Assembly: GCA_951406725.2 (NCBI GenBank)
Contig: OX597819.1
Location: forward strand, 69,626,001-69,690,000
From: Octopus vulgaris
Lineage: Eukaryota
Length of the DNA stretch: 64,000 nt
Direction: 5' to 3'
The position numbers were made by a program, and so were the translations under genes. Positions 55,716 to 64,000 of this stretch are shown piece by piece. The stretch's first letter is position 1. Each line of letters opens with the position of its first letter. The notes under the pieces were generated by a model. That model did not search any database. It saw nothing but the letters and a program-made list of their open reading frames with translations, and was not told the origin of the DNA.

Positions 55716-55990
55716 ATACTTGAAATACTACTACTACTACTAATACTGCTAAAATATGATGCTGATAATGACGATATAGAAAATGGTGAACACCACGAAC
55801 AAGATCAACAACTAGAGTAAAAGAGTAAGCTGTAATTAAACTAAATGGGTTGTGTATTTTCAAAAAAACCGCACCCAAAAATTCTTCGAGAAACTCTGTG
55901 TAATGCAACTGAAGTGCTACAGAGTTGATAGGTTTACACTGTGTGCATCTGTATGTGCGCGCGGTTTGCACCAGATTCTTTTGGCATATA

Positions 55991-56042
<52 letters not shown>

Positions 56043-56427
56043 CACAATATGTAGGTGTGCATATATACACACACATATACACGCGTATATGTATGTGTGT
56101 GTGTGTCGAAAGAACTGCATGTAGATACGCATAATATTTCACAGAAGTATGAAATATTTCACTATTTCTTAGTGATCGGTGTGAGCGTGTGTGTATGGGT
56201 GTGTGTATGTGTGGTGCAGGTATGGTTATATATCTCTATGGTATTTGTATAGGCAGCGCTTTTGTAGCTTTACATGTTTATATGCATCAGAGTGTATATG
56301 TATGTATGTATATGTATATGTATGATTGCATCTATGTATGTATGTATGTATATATGTATGTATGTATGTGAAATAAGAAGAAGGAGGAGGAGGAGAAGAA
56401 GACGAAGAAGAAGAAAAGCATGAGACC

Positions 56428-56479
<52 letters not shown>

Positions 56480-56798
56480 GATAGATACATACATATATAC
56501 ATACATACCTACATACATACATATATGTGTATGCGTGTGTATGTGAAAACACACGCACATGCACACACACACACACACACGTACACACATATATATACAC
56601 ATAAATATATGTATATGTATATATATATATATACATATATGTACATATAGATATATACATTTTTAAATACGCAAATATACACAAATATACATATTTGAGC
56701 GCGCGCATATAACTGCCTATGCATTTTTAGACATATTCATATCTGAATGCATAATTACATATCCATACATATACCCACATATATGAACACATACATAC

Positions 56799-56860
<62 letters not shown>

Positions 56861-57485
56861 GCATATATTAACATAGACATATATATATGCGAAATGTTAG
56901 TAGAATTTTAAAGCAGGCCGAGACAACTAAGTTACTAAGTATCTGTAGTGAATTGTAGCTGTTTATTAGCATGCTGAGACTTAAAATTTCACAGCTTCAT
57001 TACTCTAGTTTCATTCCAGCTAACGGCGTTCTTCAAATAAATTGGAAACTATCTATTTGAAGTTGTCTTGCATGTATTTCCAGTAATGAAGCTGTGAAAG
57101 CTTACATCGTAACAAAGATGGCTCCATTATACTGACACACACACACACACACACGCGCACACAAAAGAATATGCGTGTATAATAACACACATATACACAC
57201 ATGTGTGGTGGTGTGGGTCGTGGACAGATAGATAGAAAGTCAGAGAGAAAGACAGAAGGACAAACAGACAGAGAGATAAACAAAATGTATCAATATATAC
57301 ACTATATATGTATACATGCACATCTCTACACATACGTATATATACGTATATACAAACATACACACACTTACACACACACACACGCACACACACACACACA
57401 TATATATTTGTATGTATGTATGTTTATAAATGGGAATACATGATTTTGCATTTATATATGTGTGCATATTTATATGTATGTGTGT

Positions 57486-57564
<79 letters not shown>

Positions 57565-57698
57565 TGTGTGTGTGCGTGTGTGTGTGTGTGTGTTGTGTGT
57601 GTGTTGTGTGTGTGTTGTGTGTGTGTATACATACATATATATATATATATATGCATATATATACATATATATATACATATAATTAAATATATATATAT

Positions 57699-58090
57699 AG
57701 GCGCGGGAGTGGATGTGTGGTAGGAAGCTTGCTTTCCAACAACATGGTTCTAGGTTCAGTCCCACTGTGTGGCACCTTGGGCAAGTGTCTTCTACTATAG
57801 TGTCGGTCTGACCAAAGCCTTGTGAGTGGATTTGGTAGACGGAAACTGAAAGAAGCCCGTCATATATATGTGTTTGTGTGTTTATGTGTTTGTGTTTGTC
57901 CCCCTACATCGCTTGACAAACAATGTTGGTGTGTTTACTTTCTCATAACTTAGCGGTTCGGCGATAGAACCGATAAAATAAAATAGCAGGCTTACAAATA
58001 ATAAGTTCTGTAAGCAGTTTGTTCGACTAAAAGCGGTGCCCCAGCATGGCCGCAGTCATACGACTGAAACAAGTAAAACAAAAAAAGAAT
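57699..58090 (+). mobile_element. SINE family A, full length
   Basis: GGCGCGGGAGTGGATGTGTGGTAG...GCGGTGCCCCAGCATGGCCGCAGTCATACGACTGAAACAAG. Confidence 0.9.
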
Positions 58091-58107
58091 ATATAAATTT
58101 ATACATA

Positions 58108-58770
58108 CAGTAATACGTCACTTTACGAGGACCTCCCTGAAGAGACCCCGGGTTTACAATCTTTATTCTATAATCAATATAAAAATGTTAAGCAGTCATA
58201 TTGTGTGTGTGGCAACGTTGTAACATGTGGTAACTGTGGTTCTGGCGCAGCTACGCAGCTGCATATAGCGAAGGAGTAAAATGGCCTCATAAAATTTCCA
58301 TGTGTTAATTTGCGCTTCCGTTTTGTTGAAAGAGATTATTGTAAGCTAATTCTTCGCGCCACATTTTTTAGATCGTATATGTTTATTTACACTAATATTT
58401 TCGGCATTTTTTAAAACCCACCCAATATGTCTAAACGAAAGTGTACAACGGACACCGACGGAGAGAAAAAGAAACGAAACGCTATCACTTTGGAAACGAA
58501 GTATGAAATTGTAAAAATGCACGATGGCTGTACAACTGTGAAAAACATTCGTGACAAATTTTCACTTAACTCGTCAACTGTCTGCATAATTCTCAAAGAA
58601 AAACGTAAACATTTATCTCAAATGAGAAATGCGCAGACTTTGCTATCATCCCGAGCACGTAACAGAGATGCTGGAAGCATTATTCCGGAAAGGGAAAAAC
58701 CTTTAAATGTATGCACAACGCATGTATATGAATGATAATCAAGCGTCGATTCGTAGCAAAGCATTGTCTC
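58108..58770 (+). mobile_element. Tigger/pogo transposon 5' fragment with CENP-B/psq-type HTH (ORF 58427-58735)
   Basis: TA|CAGTAATACGTCACTTTACG TIR-like start; KKRNAITLETKYEIV...FSLNSSTVCIILK.K. Confidence 0.8.
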
Positions 58771-58934
58771 ATTTCAGTATTTTTTCATTCTTTTACTTGT
58801 TTTATTCATTTGACTAGAGCCATGCTGGAGCACCGCCTTTTTAGTCGAAGAATTCGTCCCCTAGACTTATTTTTTTGTAAGCCTCGTACTTATTCTATCG
58901 GTTTCTTCTGCCTAAGCGTTAAGTTACGGGGACG

Positions 58935-59390
58935 GCCAGGCCTGATCTTTTTTTCTTGGTTCGGCCGTCGTCCGTGCAACATCTCTATTCCTCCTTGTGC
59001 CTGTGAAACCTTGTATCACTGCCGTAAGGCTTTATTTCCACACACACCAGCTTAATTTAATTCATACTTAGACGAAAGGCACCTGTTGTTATCTCCCGTT
59101 ATTTGTATTTGTGTAACATTCTGTTTTTTCCGTCCTTGTTTTCGTATACATTCGCTGCATTCTTCCTAGGAATCTAATGCTCTTAGTTTAGTTTTTCCTT
59201 GAGGCTGACTGGACTGGAGCAATCTCGAGTATAACGAGCCGAAATTGCAAAGAGAATCTGGAACTCGACTGAGGAAAGAAAACTCCGAATGACCCGTCCT
59301 TCTTTCCTTTGTATTGTCTATCTGGATGTTTTGTTGTCCCTTTTTTGTATCATCTAACTGGCTGGATGTCTTGCGTTCTTGTCCCATTTT
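58935..59390 (+). mobile_element. LTR/pLTR-like repeat related to 41044, with a permuted hammerhead motif
   Basis: Shared TTAGTTTTTCCTTG.GGCTG...GCCGAAATTGC...GACTGA.GA...CGAATG.CCCGTCC...CGTTCTTGTCCCA. Confidence 0.65.
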
Positions 59391-59419
59391 GTGTGTGTAT
59401 ATATATATATATATATATA

Positions 59420-60283
59420 ACTTAGATAAACTTAGATGTGTTTCGACCAATGATTGGTCCAGGCCATGTCAAACTTAATAGCACCACCTGATAGGATTAT
59501 CTGAATCCTGTTTAAGTCAAGTTTTGCTTATGGTCCATTCAAGTAGTGAGTTTTTGTTGGGTGAGTTGTATCCAATTATGGGTGACTTATCTGGTATTCT
59601 TTGAAGGAATCTATCCAGATTCCGTTTAAAGTTAATGGGATCCTGTTCCTCTTTGATCTCTTTTGGAACAATGTTAAATAGGGCAGGGCCTGTTGATGAA
59701 AAGAAATTATGTTGCAGTGTACATGTATGCTGTGATCTTGAATTGGGCAGGGGACGTATGGCCCGTGGTCACAGTCTTGGATGAACCTTGAAGCTTATGT
59801 TCAGGTCGTTTGGGCAAAGTTGGCGGTATATTCTCCACATCGTACAAATGATGTACCGCTCACGGTGACGCTGGAGAGAGTAGAGTTTCAAGGCTTTAAG
59901 GCGATCCCAATAATCGAGAGCAGCCATGCCTTCAATTCGTTTAGTGAGTGCTCTCTGGGGTGATTCACTCCTCGAGATGTTTTGTCTTGTACGGGGAGAC
60001 CACAGCGGGCAGCAGTATTCGAGCAGTATGCATCAGCTCAAATTTTCCCTCATTCAGTTGCATTTTGTTTCTGTCTGCCCATTGACTCACGGCATATAGA
60101 TCAGACTGGAGTTGAGTTCGGTCTGCTTCTTCATTGACGATTTGCTGGAGCTTGGTGTCATCAGCAAATATTTTCACTGTGCAGTAATGTACGACACTGG
60201 AAAGGTCGTTTATGTAGATTATGAAGAGTAGCGGACCCAAAACAGTCCCCTGGGGGACACCGTTGGTGACTTTTGCTGGTGAC
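59420..60283 (-). mobile_element. 5'-truncated CR1-group LINE (second family), RT C-terminal part
   Basis: GVPQGTVLGPLLFIIYINDL...IFADDTKL; 3' tail with ATCTAAGTT repeats; TA arrays on both sides. Confidence 0.9.
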
Positions 60284-60302
60284 TATATATATATATATAT
60301 AT

Positions 60303-60712
60303 AAAGGATAAAAATACCGCTTGCCAAAATGAAAGGGAAGGCTTTAAAACCCGCCAATCCTACGGTAAATACACACACGAGTAATGCAATGAACACTTCA
60401 AAAAAAAAGTCCTGCCTTCAGGATGGAATTTAAAGATAATGTACATATCCCAATATCAATTGATTTCAGGCTGTGCATGAGAAAACAAGCTTTGCAATCT
60501 TCAGTTGGAGGTAGTCAGATGCAAAGCATGTTTTCTCATGCACAGCATGAAATCAATTGATATTGGGATATGTACATTATCTTCAAATTCCATCCTGAAG
60601 ATAGGCCAATTTTTAAAGTGTTCATTGCATTGCTTGTGTGTGTATTTATCGTAGGATTGGTGGGTTTTAAAGCTGTCGCTTTCATCTTTGGCAAATGGTA
60701 TTTTTACCCTTC
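60303..60712. repeat. Long inverted repeat with ~195-bp arms and a ~20-nt spacer
   Basis: 60303-60499 is the reverse complement of ~60518-60712, roughly 90% identical by eye. Confidence 0.9.
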
Positions 60713-60815
60713 TGTTATTCAAATATTATACCTATTATGGTAGAAGTCTTGCTAACCACCTCATTATAACTGCTTTTAACAGCAACAATGCTTTCATATA
60801 GCTACTCATATATAT

Positions 60816-60904
<89 letters not shown>

Positions 60905-60988
60905 TTAATTGGAAATGGATGCGTGGCGTTCAATCAAGTAATAATATAAATAATATATATATTATTAATATTATTATATATATATATA

Positions 60989-61019
<31 letters not shown>

Positions 61020-61020
61020 A

Positions 61021-61358
61021 GGGTACAGGACGTCACAGACTGTAAACAACATAAAATATGTGAGCTGAGTACGCAAACAACTGGGAAACTGGGCAAGTGA
61101 CATAACGAACTACCCTTCTTCTGTTGTTGGATGCCCACCTACTCCTCATTTCGTGCATTGAACGGCAATATAAGTCTTCGAAGGCAGTTGCTGGCATAAA
61201 TACCAAAATAAAATTTGGGATTTACGGAGAGTCAAAGTTGGGGCAGCCGACAACTAATGAAGTGTGGTTCTTTATGTTACTTGCCCAGTCTTCTATTTGA
61301 TTCTCTCGTTGTTTGCGTATTCAACTAACTTGTTTTCGTTTGCGACTTCCTATACCCA
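61021..61358 (-). mobile_element. Element with long inverted ends (GGGTACAGGACGTC / GACTTCCTATACCC), related to 12570-12921
   Basis: 61021-61137 and 61241-61358 are imperfect inverted copies; degenerate permuted hammerhead at 61116-61193 on the minus strand. Confidence 0.65.
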
Positions 61359-61384
61359 TATATGTATGAGTGTGTGTGCATATA

Positions 61385-61442
<58 letters not shown>

Positions 61443-61665
61443 AGTGTGTGTGTGTACACATGTACACACACATATACCCGAGTAAGCACATGAATGTGAA
61501 ACAAGTTTGGGAAAAGGGAACCCGAATACCGGAGGTAGAGTAATATTCACTCACAAAACTATCACAAAAAAGAGACTGTGATTCTGGATCGCAACGGCCG
61601 ATGAACACGAATATGAAACACCGAGTAGCATTTTTTAGGGATATTCTTAGCAGTTTTAATAATAA

Positions 61666-61823
61666 CTGTGTGGTAAGTAGCTTGCTAACCAACCACATGG
61701 TTGCAGGTTCAGTCCCACTGCGTGGCATCTTGAGCAAGTGTCTTCTGCTATAGCCCCGGGCCGACCAATGTCTTGTGAGTGGATTTGGTAGACGGAAACT
61801 GAAAGAAGCCTGTCGTATATATG

Positions 61824-61854
<31 letters not shown>

Positions 61855-62068
61855 TTGTGTGTCTGTGTTTGTCCCCCTAGCATTGCTTGACAACCGATGC
61901 TGGTGTGTTTACGTCCCCGTCACTTAGCGGTTCGGCAAAAATGACCGATAGAATAAGTACGGGGCTTACAAAGAATAAGTCCCGGGGTCGATTTGCTCGA
62001 CTAAAGGCGGTGCTCCAGCATGGCCGCAGTCAAATGACTGAAACAAGTAAAAGAGTAAAGAGAGTAAA
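61666..62068 (+). mobile_element. SINE family A, young copy
   Basis: Near-consensus family A including the tail GGCGGTGCTCCAGCATGGCCGCAGTCAAATGACTGAAAC. Confidence 0.9.
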
Positions 62069-62095
62069 TATATATCCTTTTATTATTTTATTACT

Positions 62096-62273
62096 TTTCT
62101 TGTTTCAGTCATTTGACTGTAACCATGGTGGAGCACCTTTAGCCAAGAAATCTACTCCAGGATTTATTCTTTGGAAGCCTAGGACTTATTCCAACGGTCT
62201 GTTTTGCCGAACCGCTAAGTTACAGTGACGTAAGCACACCAACATCGGTTGTCAAGCGATGGCAGGGGGACAA

Positions 62274-62350
<77 letters not shown>

Positions 62351-62515
62351 CGATGGGATTCTTTTTGTTTCTCTTTACCAAATCCACCCACAAAGATTTT
62401 GTCGGCCCGAGTCTATAGTAGACAACACACGCCCAAGGTGCCACGCAGTGGGACTGAACCCTGATCCATGCGGTTGGTAAGCAATCTACTTCCCACCCAC
62501 CAACTCCTTCGCCTA
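62096..62515 (-). mobile_element. SINE family A, inverted relative to the preceding copy
   Basis: Reverse-complement family A, tail-to-tail with 61666-62068. Confidence 0.9.
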
Positions 62516-63169
62516 TATCTAATGTGATTCCTTCTGCATTGTATTCCAACTATTGCATTGTAAATTGAAATCTTTATCACATTTTCTTCGCACCAACGAA
62601 CAGACATTTCTTCTCTCGTCTTCAAAACCATCAACCACCAACACCGATGGACTTTTTCCTTGTTTATGCAACTGTTGCCAGTCTTCTGACTCTTATTCCT
62701 GTTGTTGCCATTTTTTTTTCTTTTCGTGTTGATATTCTTTTTGACTTCCATCGTGAATTATTTCAACATGTTCCTTTCTTTGGCGTGTGTTTCTTTTTTT
62801 TTTTGTTTGTTTTTTGCTCTCCTTCCTGCATTTAAATCTCCTCCTACTACTACTACTACTACTACTCTTGGTGTTCTTGCACCTCCTGCACTTCCTCCAT
62901 CTCTTCCTTCACCTCGTTATGGATGATCGTCAACGTGGCTTCGTCGTCTGAGTGAAAGTGTTATTATTGAAAATTGCTTGTGACATTCATTTGCAATCAT
63001 TGATTTTTACCTCTTGCATCGCCTCCTTCGTCTTCATCTCCTCCTTTACATCACCATCTGCAGCTGCAGCAGCAGCAGCGACAGGAGCAGAAGGAGTAAC
63101 AATATGTCGTTCTCTCTCTGCGTCAACGCAAATGAGAGTGTCGATGTCATGGTCGTTAAGCCCCATTCA

Positions 63170-63586
<417 letters not shown>

Positions 63587-64000
63587 TCTAAGCAACCAGT
63601 AAAACATTTTTCAGTTAGAAAACGGCTGCTTGAATCTCGAAACTCCGTGTCAGAGTAACTGACCGTAAACATTAATAAGATTGAAATAAAAGTTACCCCC
63701 TCTCTTCTCATTCTTTATATATTTATATATTTTATATATGTATTTTCCTTTTTTAATTTCTTATATATATATGTGTGTGTGTGTGTTGTAATGTTTATAT
63801 GGCAACAGAATGTGGCAGTCCTATAAAGGACGAGGTTACTGTTGCCCTAGACCCAGCAAAACATCTTTTCCAGCTGGCTAACGACACAGCACTCGCAAGG
63901 GAGGACATCACTCCCGTCTCTAGCCTTCCGTGATACTCACAGACACGGGTTTCTAGGTGGTTACCTGTCCTTAGTATGAGACTATCACTGACTAGTGACA

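Noticed and set aside
60545-60605. GAAA...CTGAAGA in the right arm of the long inverted repeat
   Set aside because: I could not find matching stem I/III partners, so it is not counted as a hammerhead.

Overview
AT-rich, microsatellite-dense metazoan DNA, intergenic or intronic. The SINE repertoire looks like an Octopus (cephalopod) genome; this is recognition from memory, not a database result. No host gene can be called confidently, and almost all listed ORFs are microsatellite artefacts. The largest feature is a 5'-truncated CR1-group LINE (42.9-46.1 kb, minus) whose ORF2 (endonuclease plus RT) is broken only by a 1-bp slip in a G run. The window also holds older CR1, restriction-like-endonuclease (R4/Dong- and Hero-like) and Penelope fragments, mariner/Tc1/pogo/Tigger/hAT-like/Helitron non-autonomous elements, two long fold-back elements, many tRNA-derived SINEs, and a 2.9-kb false duplication across a 100-N gap. 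Most notable is a hammerhead-ribozyme core in a non-canonical strand order, found in three sequence-divergent repeat families (12.7, 40.8/41.5, 59.2 and 61.1 kb) with covarying stems. Also notable is a tRNA-head element whose tail carries a minimal Penelope-type hammerhead. All structures were folded by eye, and repeat boundaries are approximate.
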